In this document: positions 9,304-20,281 of the stretch, one piece after another
Position numbering within the stretch: the first letter of the stretch is position 1
Layout: every line of letters starts with the position of its first letter
Assembly: GCA_965223425.1 (NCBI GenBank)
Contig: OZ245003.1
Coordinates: forward strand, 608,001 to 672,000
Reading direction: 5' to 3'
DNA length: 64,000 bases
Source of the DNA: Nitrosopumilus sp.
GTDB lineage: Archaea; Thermoproteota; Nitrososphaeria; Nitrososphaerales; Nitrosopumilaceae
Program-made: the position numbers and the translations under genes
Notes under the pieces: generated by a model
Databases searched by the model: none
Told to the model about the DNA's origin: nothing
The model's input: only the letters and a program-made list of their open reading frames with translations

Positions 9304-12300
9304 TGTCCATTCAAGCAATAAAATCCATTGATGGCATTAGATTTTCAGTGTGGTCTCCAACCGAAATCAGAAAATATTCTGTTGCTGAAATTACCGCCCC
9401 TGAAACCTATGACGAGGATGGAATGTCAGTTCAGGGAGGTCTTATGGATGGGAGATTAGGAACTTTGGAACCCGGACAAAAATGCCTGACATGTGGAAAT
9501 ACTGCAGCAAGATGTCCGGGACATTTTGGACACATAGAACTTGCAGAGCCTGTTCTACATATTGCATTTATCGATAACATTTACAAATTATTACAATCCA
9601 CATGTCGTTCTTGTGCAAGACTTAAAGTTCCCCAAGAGGATTTGGATGCATTCAAAAAAATCAAAGATAAGCACGCTGCTTATACTGTGATTTCCCAAAA
9701 ACGTATTCCAGAGCAGATCATAGAGAAAGCAAAAAAAGCAAAAGAATGCCCTCATTGTGGAAAAACACAATACGAATTAATCTTTACAAAACCAACCATC
9801 TTTGTCGAGAAAACAGAAATTGGCGAACACAGATTGCTCCCAATTACGATTAGGGAAAGGTTTTCACAAATACCTGATGGGGATTTAGAGTTGCTGTCAT
9901 ATGATCCTGTTACTGCCAGACCAGAATGGTTTATTCTTCAAGCCCTGCCTGTGCCGCCAGTAACTGTTAGACCATCAATCATTCTTGAAACTGGAATACG
10001 ATCGGAGGATGACTTGACACACAAAATGGTTGATATCATCAGAGTTAATCAAAGACTAAAAGAAAGTAAAGAGGCAGGTACTCCTCCACTGATTGTTCAG
10101 GACTTGGTGGATCTGCTACAATATCATACTACAACATATTTTGATAATGAGGTTTCTGGAATTCCACAAGCACATCACCGTTCTGGACGTCCACTAAAAA
10201 CATTAACTCAAAGATTAAAAGGAAAAGAAGGAAGGTTTAGGGGTTCTTTATCTGGAAAGAGAGTTGACTTTTCAAGCAGAACCGTTATCTCTCCTGACCC
10301 GAACTTGGATTTATCTGAAGTCGGGGTTCCCGTAACTGTCGCTACCAAACTGACAATTCCTGAAATTGTTACAGAATGGAATATTGAGAGGATGAGAAAG
10401 CTTGTGATTAATGGGCCTGAAACTTTTCCTGGTGTTAACTACATTGTAAGACCTGACGGTGTTAAGATTAGGTTGGACTTTGTAGAGGACCGTTCTACAA
10501 TTGCCGAGACGTTAGAAATTGGGTATCTTGTTGAAAGACATCTTACAGATGGTGATATTGTTATGTTTAACAGACAACCTTCCCTTCACCAAATGTCCAT
10601 TATGGCCCACTATGTCAGAGTGCTGCCAGGTAAGACTTTCAGATTACATCCTTCCGTATGTCCTCCATATAACGCAGACTTTGATGGTGATGAGATGAAT
10701 CTTCATGTACCTCAAAGTGAGGAAGCAAGAGCAGAGGCAATCCTTTTGATGAGAGTTCAGGATCAATTAATCTCTCCAAGATATGGAGGCCCAATTATTG
10801 GCGCACTAAGGGACTTTGTCACTGGTGCATATCTTCTAACTAAAGACGATACAACTCTTACCGTTCAAGAATTTTCAAACCTTGCAATGCTTGGCGGTTA
10901 TGCTGATTCACTTCCCAAACCTGCTACCAAAACAAAAGATGGCCCAGCATATACCGGAAAACAACTATTCTCGCTATTCCTTCCAAAAGACTTCAATTAT
11001 GTTATAACATCAAAATGGTCCAAGGGAACAAGCGGCCCTCAAAATGATGTCGTAATTAAGAATGGTGAACTAATCAGTGGTGTAATTGATAAAACATCCA
11101 TCGGTGCAGAAGAGCCCGAAAGCGTCTTGCACAGAATTGCAAAGGACTATGGCAATGCAGTTGGAAAAAACTTTCTAAACTCTATTCTAATTATGGTCAA
11201 GCAGTTCATTACTCATTACGGCTTCAGTTATGGTTTTGGTGATCTTGAAGTACCAGAAAAAGAAAAACAACAGATTCTAGATGATATTCAGGGAACTTAT
11301 GATACTGTCTCTGATTTGACTAAACAGTATGAAAAAGGCACTCTCAAACTCACACGAGGTATGAGGCCTCAAGAGGCCTTGGAGGCATACATCGTCAACG
11401 AACTAGGCAAGGCAAGAGACAAGGCAGGCTCTACTGCAAATGATTCTCTTGATGATGGTAATGCAGGTAAAATTATGGCCACTACTGGTGCTAGGGGTTC
11501 ATCTCTAAACGTAGGTCAGATGGCAGGTGCACTAGGACAGCAATCACGAAGAGGAAACAGGCTACATGATGGATACAATAATCGAGCTCTGACACATTAT
11601 CGGGAACATGACAATAATCCTGATGCACATGGGTTTGTAAAATCCAACTATAGGGAGGGACTCTCTGCTTTGGAATTTTTCTTTCATGCTATGGGAGGTC
11701 GTGAAGGACTTGTAGACACTGCAGTTAGGACACAACAAAGCGGTTACATGCAACGCAGGCTGATCAATGCATTAGAACACATTAGATTAGAATATGATGG
11801 AACAGTACGAGATCCACACGGTCACATTGTGCAGTTCCTTTATGGTGAGGATGGAATAGATGTGGCAAAAAGTGATCATGGTGAGGCATTTAACATTAAC
11901 AGATTAATTGAATCTCAAACTATTGTTGATTCTGGAAAGAAAGCTACAAAAGATGAGATTGATACCCTTGCCAAGAAATACACCAAGACGTTTAATCCGC
12001 GATTAACTTCACTTGTTACTGATGGCTTGCAAAACTCTGGGCTAAGTAAGGACGGTGCAGAAGCTGTATGTAAAAAAGGACTCACACTTTTCAATAAATC
12101 CAAAGTAGAGCCTGGACAGGCAGTAGGAATCATCACTGCCCAATCAATTGGCGAACCTGGCACTCAGATGACTTTGAGAACCTTCCACTTTGCAGGAATT
12201 AAAGAAAGAAACGTCACATTGGGCCTTCCAAGACTAATTGAGCTAGTTGATGCAAGAAAGAAACCTGTTACTCCAACTATGGATATTTATCTTGATGAGG

Positions 12301-13094
12301 AATCCAAGAAATCACGAGAAAAAACAATTGAAATTGCAAGAAACGTATTACAGACTAAAGTAAGCGCACTGATTGCTGACAGTGAAACTGATTATTCTAC
12401 TGAAATCAAATTAATTTTAAGTGAAAACAGACTCAGAGAGCGGGGATGCTCTATTGCAGAGGTTGAAGCGGCACTTTCATCAAATAAAAAATTCAAGATG
12501 GAAACAACTGGTGAATTAATTACTTTGACACTAATTGAGGAATCCGATACTGCAACTGTCATTGCAATTAGAAACAAGGTTCTTAATACTACTGTTAAGG
12601 GAGTTCCAGATATTGAGCGTGTAACTCTGGTTCAAAAAGATGATGAATGGGTTATTCAAACAACTGGTTCTAACATTGCTAGATTGCTTGAAGTTAAGGG
12701 CATTGACAAAAAAAATGTCAGAACAAACAATGTGTTTGAAATTGCGGGAACTTTGGGCATTGAAGCTGCAAGAAACGCATTGATTAATGAACTTAACAGT
12801 ACTTTGGAAGATCAAGGATTGGAAGTGGATAACAGGTACATCATGCTGGTATCTGACCTGATGTGCTCTAGAGGCTACATGCAACAAATTGGTAGACATG
12901 GAATTGCTGGCACTAAAGACAGTGTTCTTGCCAGAGCAGCATTCGAAATTACGGTACCAACCATTGCACATGCTGCACTTGGCGGTGAAGTTGAACAACT
13001 TAAGGGAATCACTGAAAATGTAATTGTTGGAAGCAACATTCCGATTGGAAGTGGCACTGTTGATCTATACATGCAAGTCTCCAAAAAGAAGTGA
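9303..13094 (+). CDS. rpoA1: RNA polymerase subunit A (Rpo1, A' and A'' in one chain)
   Basis: ATG 9303 overlaps rpoB stop; NADFDGD catalytic motif; A'' region (GEPGTQMTLRTFH) in same frame. Confidence 0.98.
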   Translation: MSIQAIKSIDGIRFSVWSPTEIRKYSVAEITAPETYDEDGMSVQGGLMDGRLGTLEPGQKCLTCGNTAARCPGHFGHIELAEPVLHIAFIDNIYKLLQSTCRSCARLKVPQEDLDAFKKIKDKHAAYTVISQKRIPEQIIEKAKKAKECPHCGKTQYELIFTKPTIFVEKTEIGEHRLLPITIRERFSQIPDGDLELLSYDPVTARPEWFILQALPVPPVTVRPSIILETGIRSEDDLTHKMVDIIRVNQRLKESKEAGTPPLIVQDLVDLLQYHTTTYFDNEVSGIPQAHHRSGRPLKTLTQRLKGKEGRFRGSLSGKRVDFSSRTVISPDPNLDLSEVGVPVTVATKLTIPEIVTEWNIERMRKLVINGPETFPGVNYIVRPDGVKIRLDFVEDRSTIAETLEIGYLVERHLTDGDIVMFNRQPSLHQMSIMAHYVRVLPGKTFRLHPSVCPPYNADFDGDEMNLHVPQSEEARAEAILLMRVQDQLISPRYGGPIIGALRDFVTGAYLLTKDDTTLTVQEFSNLAMLGGYADSLPKPATKTKDGPAYTGKQLFSLFLPKDFNYVITSKWSKGTSGPQNDVVIKNGELISGVIDKTSIGAEEPESVLHRIAKDYGNAVGKNFLNSILIMVKQFITHYGFSYGFGDLEVPEKEKQQILDDIQGTYDTVSDLTKQYEKGTLKLTRGMRPQEALEAYIVNELGKARDKAGSTANDSLDDGNAGKIMATTGARGSSLNVGQMAGALGQQSRRGNRLHDGYNNRALTHYREHDNNPDAHGFVKSNYREGLSALEFFFHAMGGREGLVDTAVRTQQSGYMQRRLINALEHIRLEYDGTVRDPHGHIVQFLYGEDGIDVAKSDHGEAFNINRLIESQTIVDSGKKATKDEIDTLAKKYTKTFNPRLTSLVTDGLQNSGLSKDGAEAVCKKGLTLFNKSKVEPGQAVGIITAQSIGEPGTQMTLRTFHFAGIKERNVTLGLPRLIELVDARKKPVTPTMDIYLDEESKKSREKTIEIARNVLQTKVSALIADSETDYSTEIKLILSENRLRERGCSIAEVEAALSSNKKFKMETTGELITLTLIEESDTATVIAIRNKVLNTTVKGVPDIERVTLVQKDDEWVIQTTGSNIARLLEVKGIDKKNVRTNNVFEIAGTLGIEAARNALINELNSTLEDQGLEVDNRYIMLVSDLMCSRGYMQQIGRHGIAGTKDSVLARAAFEITVPTIAHAALGGEVEQLKGITENVIVGSNIPIGSGTVDLYMQVSKKK

Positions 13095-13387
13095 CTTGCA
13101 CAAACAATCCTTTTCTAGTAAAATCCACAAAATCCAACTCTGGAATCAACTCACGTCCGAAGAAGAGAAGTCCTCTGTGAGAATAATGGATATGGCCACA
13201 GAGCGTCTCAATAAATGGATGGAAGAGAACAGAAAAGAAACGCGTTACATGGCTCTTTTTGATAAATTCAAGATGCCATCAAGTGCCGGCAAACAAATTG
13301 AAAGGATAATCAGGTAAAGGAAATGCTCTATTGGTCGCAGGGAGCGTGAGTTGCCACTGATATTGAACTGAAAAACGTGACAAAACC

Positions 13388-13431
13388 AGTTAAAATTTCG
13401 CATAATTGCGACTCGCATAAATGCGAAATAT
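13388..13431. repeat. 44-bp palindromic direct repeat, copy 1 (upstream of ATPase)
   Basis: AGTTAAAATTTCGCATAATTGCGACTCGCATAAATGCGAAATAT; 42/44 identical to 14592-14635. Confidence 0.95.
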
Positions 13432-13460
13432 TATATATTATTGTGCCTAAATTAGGCTAA

Positions 13461-14597
13461 ATGAAGACAAATCCCTTTGTATTTGGGACTATAGTTAGTG
13501 ATGAAAACTTTGCTGGTAGAAAAGACGAAATAAAAGAGATAACCCGTGATTTAGCAGGCAAAACCAATCTTATCATATTTTCTCCTAGACGATACGGGAA
13601 AACCTCTTTGATGTTTAAGGTGATAGACGAGTTGAAAAAGCAAGGAATAGTTTGTGTTTATGCTGATCTATATCCTGCAGTTACAAAAGAAAAATTTGCA
13701 AATATCCTTGCAAGCTCCATTGCAAAAGCAAAAGCTGGAAAAATAAATGAAATAATTCAAATAATTAAAGAGTTGATTCCGCCAATAAAACTTACCATGA
13801 GACCTGAAGAAGCTGAAAGCGGAATTGAATTAGAACTCTCAAAAGGGAAAGAAGACATTGACGCAAGTCTGACAAAACTTTATGACCTTCCTGAAAGAGT
13901 TGCCAAGAAAATGAAAAAGAAACTTGTAGTGGTATTTGATGAATTTCAAGAAATCACAAAACTTGATGGACAGGAAATAGAGATCAATATAAGATCAAAA
14001 CTGCAACAACACAAAAATGTTTCATACGTCTTTATGGGAAGTCAAAGACATTTGCTAGATCAGATGTTTAATGACAAAAATAGGCCACTTTATAGTGCTG
14101 GAAAGCTGTTTAATCTTAGCAGACTTTCTAAAGAAGAATTTTCCCGGTTCATAAAAGAACGATTCAAAACAGGTGGATTTACTGCATCAAAGGATGTGAT
14201 ATCTCAGATCCTACAACTAACACAATGTCATCCATACTATACACAACAACTTTGCCATGAAATATGGAATCAGTGTATATCGCAGGAAAAGAAAAGTGTG
14301 GAAGAAGAAGATATTACTCAAGCAAAAGAACAGGTATTAAAAAATCAAAACTATGCATATACTTCCATGTGGGATTTGACTAAAGGAAAACAGCGTGCGT
14401 TACTACATGCAATGGCAATATCTGATGAGAAGACTATTTTTTCAACAGATTTTCGAGAAAAATATCGTTTAGGTGCATCATCTACTGTGGCAAGAGCTGT
14501 TGAATATCTTGAAGAAAAAGGACTTGTTGGAAAAGATCGTAATGACTATGTCATCTCTGATGCTTTTTTCCAAGAATGGATAAAAAGAATTAGTTAA
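13461..14597 (+). CDS. Archaeal ATPase family P-loop NTPase with C-terminal winged helix
   Basis: NPF...FAGRKDE start, Walker A SPRRYGKTS, Walker B VVVFDEFQE, C-terminal wHTH-like segment. Confidence 0.85.
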   Translation: MKTNPFVFGTIVSDENFAGRKDEIKEITRDLAGKTNLIIFSPRRYGKTSLMFKVIDELKKQGIVCVYADLYPAVTKEKFANILASSIAKAKAGKINEIIQIIKELIPPIKLTMRPEEAESGIELELSKGKEDIDASLTKLYDLPERVAKKMKKKLVVVFDEFQEITKLDGQEIEINIRSKLQQHKNVSYVFMGSQRHLLDQMFNDKNRPLYSAGKLFNLSRLSKEEFSRFIKERFKTGGFTASKDVISQILQLTQCHPYYTQQLCHEIWNQCISQEKKSVEEEDITQAKEQVLKNQNYAYTSMWDLTKGKQRALLHAMAISDEKTIFSTDFREKYRLGASSTVARAVEYLEEKGLVGKDRNDYVISDAFFQEWIKRIS

Positions 14598-14635
14598 AAT
14601 TTCGCATATTTGCGACTCGCATAAATGTGAAATAT
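14592..14635. repeat. 44-bp palindromic direct repeat, copy 2 (overlaps ATPase stop)
   Basis: 42/44 identical to 13388-13431. Confidence 0.95.
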
Positions 14636-14681
14636 GGTTAAATTCATGATACATTACTGCATTTTTTTGAAAAATGATGCT

Positions 14682-15160
14682 CTAAGCTTGCCCGTCTGTT
14701 TCTTCAACCAAAGTCCAAATTTTCTTTAATGGCAATTCTGCTTTTATGGAATTGTCTAGTTTTTCATAATTTCGAAGAATTTCCTCAACAATCTTATCTT
14801 GATCCCATAATCGTATGGAAAAGAAAGAGCGAGCCATCTCTTGATCTGCTTTACTATTAATTCCGCCCCATGCAACCAGTAATCCATAATCTGCTTTGAA
14901 ATTTTTGATTACGCCTTCTAACTCTCTGACAATTCTTACATCAACTGGAGTTTGTGAGGATTTTACCTGTACGCAAGTTCTTGGACTTGCAAAACCTAGT
15001 GGACCAGAACCTACCAAAATATCTACTCCTCCATCTGGACCTGAAGGGGATAGTTTAGTGGAATAACCTTGGGATTTTAGAATTTCATTAATTAATCTGG
15101 ACAAATCATGTCCTGCAAATTTACGTTCAAGGAATTTTATGATTTGGTCTTTTGAATATT
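14682..15160 (-). pseudogene. mrr: Mrr-like type IV restriction endonuclease, N-terminus removed at IS end
   Basis: GPDGGVDIL...CVQVKS motif; frame stays open upstream (YSKDQIIKFLERKFAGHDL) to the IS TIR at 15161. Confidence 0.8.
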
Positions 15161-16682
15161 AGACTTTATGCATAATTGAATCATAAAAATTTTTCCGAAA
15201 GATTTAGATCCATTTTGATCGCCGCAACAGGTAATGGAATCTTCAGAACAGACTATACGCAGGCTGCAAAGGGAGCTCAAGCAAAAGGACACAGCAATCA
15301 GGCAAAAGGACACAGCAATCAGGCAAAAGGACACAGCAATCAAGCAGAACAACAGAGCAATCAAGCAGAACAACAGAGCAATCAAGCAGAACAACAGAGC
15401 AATCAAGCAAAAGGACGCAGCAATCAGCAGGCGCGAGAAGACGATTGGCCTGCTGCGCGAGCAGCTGCTGCTGCGCGAGGACAGCCTGTGGGCCGTTACA
15501 GATGCAGGCCGCTCTGATACGGACACGTCGCTGCTGCACATCAGGGAGGTGATCCACGGCATACTGCACAACAGCGCAAAGCTTGCAGGGATTACCGTAT
15601 GACCTTGACCAGTTTGACTACATCTGCAATGACTTTGTGGCAGAGTCAAAGAGGCACAACAAAGACGCGCCGCTCTTTTCAGAGGACGGGACACCGGATC
15701 CCGGAAACCGCTGCCTGCCTGGCCGCAGATCTGTTCTGCTCATGGCGCTGTTCTGCAAGCGCTCAAACGTGACGCAGGACGCTCTGGGGCACTGTTTGAT
15801 GTTGACCAGTCCACCGTGTGCAGGTACCTCAAGTTTGCAGATTCCGTGCTGGCAAAGATTCTGCCTACTGCAGACAGGATGACCCGTCTGGTAAAAAAGG
15901 CCGAGACATCAGAGCAGCTAGAGCAGCTAATGCCGGACAGAACCATCATAATTGACGGCACCGAGGTGGTGCCAAGGCAGCGTCCGCAGGACAAGGATAA
16001 AAGAAAAAACACGTACTCTGGCAAAAAGAAGCGCTTTACGATTAACACCGCCATAACAACAAACAAGGCAGGTCTGATACTTGCAGCAGGCAGGTCCTTT
16101 GAGGGCGGGACGCACGACCTTACCATGATAAGAGAGGATCCGACAGACTGGCAGGTGGTCTAAATCCATGTACAAAAAAGACACTCCGGAAAAGGACATG
16201 ATACGAGTACTTGCAGACAAGGGGTACCAGGGATGCCAATCACTACACGGGAATAGCACTTGAGATGCCGGAAAAAAAGAGGCCGCGGACGGAGCTGACG
16301 CAGCAGCAAAAGGACTCCAACAAAAGGATCAGCGCCAAGAGGGTAAAGGTGGAGCACTCTATTGGAAGAATAAAGCAGTGGGCAAGGATGACAGACCCGT
16401 ATGACGGCACGGTAGAGGAGTTTCGCGAGGAGCTGGCTGTGTGTACCGGCCTTGCGAACTTTCAACTGCTGTGGGATGCAAAGAAAAAGCGGCCGTCACT
16501 TGGTTATTGACGGCACAGCACAGGGTGCATGAGGCACTGCAAGAGTGCGCACGGATTTCTAATTTCTGCGAATTTACAATGATCTTTTGCGTCAAAATTA
16601 AATAATTTCCTGGACTGGCTTTGTGTGTCTTGGTAATGTATGCTGCAGAAAAAATTTGACGGGTCAATTATGCATAAAGTCT
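15161..16682 (+). mobile_element. IS5-superfamily (ISL2/DDE_Tnp_4-like) element, frameshifted transposase
   Basis: 19-bp TIR AGACTTTATGCATAATTGA at both ends; fragments IIDGTEV..RP, YSGKKKR, ADKGYQG, RVKVEHSIGRIK; no matching TSD. Confidence 0.9.
15281..15427 (+). repeat. About 7 x 21-bp tandem repeat encoding heptads (QKDTAIR/QNNRAIK)
   Basis: Visible GCAAAAGGACACAGCAATCAG / GCAGAACAACAGAGCAATCAA units. Confidence 0.9.
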
Positions 16683-16973
16683 GGTATTTGGGTTTGTGGT
16701 CTTTTAACTCTATGAGAAATCTTCTAATACCTGCTGTAATTCCGATTGTGGAACTAATGACAATTGATCCATAGAATAGATTCCTATAAACTTCATGAAC
16801 TGATTCAAGTGCGATGTGTAGTTCTTTTTGGTATATTTTGACTTGGTTGACTCCTCAAATAGTACCGTGCATCGTTGTTTTGATATGTTCAAGCGTTGTT
16901 TACTTGCAGAATTTTTATTTCTGTCTGTATGTCTAAAGGAATGGATTGTTTGATTTTTGTTTATACCGAGCAA
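16683..16973 (-). pseudogene. N-terminal fragment of a tyrosine integrase, truncated at IS
   Basis: LFEESTKSKYTKKNYTSHLNQFMKF...LQQVLED resembles the core-binding domain; no catalytic domain present. Confidence 0.6.
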
Positions 16974-17003
16974 AAATATTCATTCGTTTTAGCCCGGATT
17001 ATT

Positions 17004-17234
17004 TTACATAATCTTGTTGTAATCACTCATAAATTCCTCCCTAGTCATATTGATGTCTGCCAATATTCCTAATAACAATCCTGGTTTTATTATTTTATTT
17101 CCTGCAGGTACAATTGCAACTAGATTATTATGTCGAAGTTTAGTATGACTTCCGGTTCTGCCAGTTACTGAAAATTCTTTTTTGATCAAATATTTTATCA
17201 TAACATTACCAGAAATTTTTGGAATCTTTGCCAT
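17004..17234 (-). CDS. hicA: HicA-family toxin
   Basis: 76 aa, TGSH motif, VP...IKPGLLLGIL. Confidence 0.85.
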   Translation of the reverse strand: MAKIPKISGNVMIKYLIKKEFSVTGRTGSHTKLRHNNLVAIVPAGNKIIKPGLLLGILADINMTREEFMSDYNKIM

Positions 17235-17446
17235 TATTTTTGTACGACAAGTAGATTAAAGTCATCTACATTCTCAAAGTCTTCTAATGCAAGTTCTATG
17301 GCATCTTTCATATTTTCCATGATCTCGCCGTAGGTTTCTCCTTGAGAATTAGCATGTAATTCGGCACACCTACCAACAAATCCTCCTTCCTCCTCATCTT
17401 TAGTTATGACAACGGTGTATGTTTTTTTCTGGATTGTAGAGCTCAT
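17234..17446 (-). CDS. hicB: HicB-family antitoxin (short, no DNA-binding domain)
   Basis: EEGGFVGRCAEL..NSQGETYGE...DAI; coupled to hicA. Confidence 0.85.
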   Translation of the reverse strand: MSSTIQKKTYTVVITKDEEEGGFVGRCAELHANSQGETYGEIMENMKDAIELALEDFENVDDFNLLVVQK

Positions 17447-17524
17447 AACCTAGTATTATTGTATACAATATTAAATATATCGTAAGTTTTATGCACAAAA
17501 TAATCAAGATTGTGGAATTTGTGA

Positions 17525-17708
17525 TATTTTTCCATGCATCAACTCGTGACAGGATTGACGCAATTTGAGTTTGTTCAGATAATGTTGGAATACATATTTT
17601 TAATGTTTCAAATTTTTTACGAGAAATATATGGAATTGTAGTTCCTGAACTTATTGACTTAAGTTGATTAGTTTGAGTAAGAAGATAATAATAAAGAAAT
17701 TCATTATT
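17525..17708 (-). pseudogene. hsdS: Type I R-M specificity subunit (HsdS) fragment, not in ORF track
   Basis: Translates NNEFLYYYLL...SSGTTIPYISRKKFETLKICIPTLSEQTQIASILSRVDA; starts exactly at IS end. Confidence 0.8.
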
Positions 17709-19017
17709 TCAGTAGTTGGGATTGTACCGTTCCAAAACAGCCCACAAATCACCCGATAGGCGGTGGTGGCCACCTGGCATACACACATGCTGCAAACACG
17801 CAGATTATCCTGTTTAAAACACCGGCAAGTGGCACATGGTACCTTTGTCTGCCCACCGTGCGACGCAGGCCTATCCAGATATTGTTTAGCACCAGTGACA
17901 AAACAAACAAAAGCATCCGTACGGAGGGGTTCCTGCTGGCAGTGCGCGGGCGTATGCTCTTTGCAGACCTGTACCCCGTTTCAATTCCCCACCGCTTTTT
18001 GTACTGCTCTGGGATGTACTTGACAACGTCCATTTCGCTCTCGTATGGCAGCGACGTTGCAAATGCGTGGTACCTGTCAAACATGGTGCCGTCTTTTTTC
18101 CTGGCGTTGTCTCTGATCAGAACCAGGTTGAACGTGAACTTTTCGGAGCCGGACTGTATGGTGTACCGGGAGACATCACCGCGCTTTCCTTGGGCGTGCT
18201 GTACAATGGCACGCTTGATGCCGGCATCCTTTTTTGCCGGCATGATAAAATGCCTGTGAAGCGATCTGACAGTCTGCATCACGTCTGTTGCGTAAAACTC
18301 CCTGTCAAGAAGGTAGAGGCCGATTCCAAGGTGCAGCTTGGAGCATTTTTCGATGGTTTTACGCACGAATTCACCGTTGAAGATCCCCCGGGTGACTGGA
18401 CTGAAGCACAGGTTGACCTCCTTGCCGCCCTGCATATCTTGGATGTTATGTATGACTCACCTGTACGTTCCTGACTCGTATTTTGACTGTATGAGGTACC
18501 TGAGGTCGGGATTCCTGTCATGGTGCGGAATCTTGTGCTTGTCTATTGCAGCTACTGTCGTTTCGTTGCTGATGCGTCGCCTCATGCTGCGGCATGCCGC
18601 ATTGACAGTATCATGCATCATCTGGTCGCAGAAACAGCTCATCTTGTCCTGCTTTATGATGCGCAGCTTTTTGAGCAGCCAGCTGCCAGACTGCATGCGG
18701 ATGCCGGGAGAGCCGAGATCGCGTGCGCCGTTGGCGTATCCGTTGGAGATGGCCATGACCAGAAGAAGCATGTGCGCTGCATCCCTGAGGCAGTACAGCG
18801 TGTTGTGTCTTGTGCCAAAGGCAAGGCTCAGGCGCTGCAACGCAGACTGGAAGATTTTAAATTCCCTGATGTCTTGGTTCTGTTGGCGTGTTTGCCCATC
18901 TTTTCTGTGCAAGTCAAGGTGGGTGAGCATGCCTTGTATTTGGATCTGGTTGATCGTGTTTTGTTCTTAAAATGATCAGTTTGGCCTATATCCAAAATGT
19001 ACAGTCCCAACTACTGA
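17709..19017 (-). mobile_element. ISH3-type (IS4 superfamily) element, transposase frameshifted near 18457
   Basis: TIR TCAGTAGTTGGGAYTGTAC; LDREFY and YKKRWGIETGYR motifs; paralog of 44052 element; no TSD. Confidence 0.9.
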
Positions 19018-19929
19018 TAATGGCAGATATTCCGTTCTGATATCTGGATTGATGAATGTATTTCTAAGATCTTCTGGCACAGATAACGAATCTGGCCAAG
19101 ACATTTTTCCAATTTCACTATTTTGATCTTTTTCTGGATCTATTTTATTCCATATTGCTGCACAAAGATATCCTCTAGCTTTTGTTCTATAATTCAGATA
19201 AAGCAAGTCATCGTTATCATAATTCGTATGTTCACGTTGATAATCTGAATTTAGATCAGCAAGTGTTGAGTCGTATAATTTTACTCTTATTTGAGGTTGA
19301 AAAACCCTATGCTCTTCAGTTTGATTCTTGATAACATTGTACTCTGTCTTATTTTCTAAAAATATCTTGATAATCCATTTGTTGGTATTTTGTATCCTTC
19401 TTTTCAAAATATGGAGAAATACACCCGCATCATTTTCTAATTCTTTGACTAGAGAATCTGAAGAATTGTTTACAATGCACTCAGTTACAAAAAACTTTGG
19501 ATGCCGTTTGAACATTCGTGGAATATTACCAAATTGTTTGTCTTGCAAATATCTAGCCCATGTTACACATACTTTGAATCTTGGATTGTCACCTTCTAAA
19601 ACAAATGAGAGTCCAAGTGAAAAAGCGCCAGATTTGAGATCAAGTTCAGTATCCACTTCTTGACGTAAATTATTTGAATTCTGAGTATTTTCAATCATCG
19701 GTGAAACTAATTCTTCATCACTGACCTCTGTTGGATCTGGATTTATTTCAGAATCTAAAATTTGTTGGTTTACATCACTATTAGAATTCAGAGAAAAAGA
19801 TGAATTCAAAATACCTAATTCATATTTTAAAAAAGGTTCTGTAACGAGTTCTTCATTTCCGTATTGTGATCCAAGAAGATTCTCATAGAGAGATTTTATT
19901 AGATGTGTTCTAATCAATATTTGGATCAA
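19018..19929 (-). pseudogene. N-terminal part of DISARM DrmA-like helicase, truncated by ISH3
   Basis: Pattern FQPQIRV...LLY...ARGYLCAAIW...IRTEYLP; helicase motifs missing, frame runs into IS TIR. Confidence 0.6.
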
Positions 19930-19938
19930 ATAAGAATA

Positions 19939-20163
19939 TTAGATAAATGTATTAATTTTATAGTATGATTCCATCTTACGTAAAACTGCATGTATTTCTT
20001 CAATCTTATCTTTGCGAACCATTTCAAAAACGATAGATATGGCAGAATCTGAGATTCCTGCATATCTGGATTCTAAATCAACAAAAACATCATCATCTGA
20101 ATTGAACTTTTTATTGCGTTGTATTTTTTCATTTATTCGTTTTCCATTTTGATCAAATTTCAT
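19939..20163 (-). CDS. Small hypothetical protein
   Basis: 74-aa ATG ORF just upstream of drmA-like gene. Confidence 0.45.
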   Translation of the reverse strand: MKFDQNGKRINEKIQRNKKFNSDDDVFVDLESRYAGISDSAISIVFEMVRKDKIEEIHAVLRKMESYYKINTFI

Positions 20164-20281
20164 TAAAGTACAATTTAGTATATTTTTTTATTAGATTTAT
20201 TAGTTCATATTCATGTAAGGGTTATTGCAGTATAACCTGACATCATTAATCTTTTTATTTCATACTATTTGATAACACGTA

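Noticed and set aside
9303-13094. Single-chain RpoA'/A'' and unsplit RpoB
   Set aside because: Known normal state in this phylum
13095-13380. ORF 13024-13317 after rpoA
   Set aside because: No recognisable motif; probably a gene remnant
13388-14635. Integron attC interpretation of the 44-bp repeats
   Set aside because: No paired RYYYAAC...GTTRRRY ends and no IntI gene
15281-15427. CRISPR-like array
   Set aside because: Contiguous coding tandem repeats without spacers; no cas genes; no CRISPR array seen anywhere in the window
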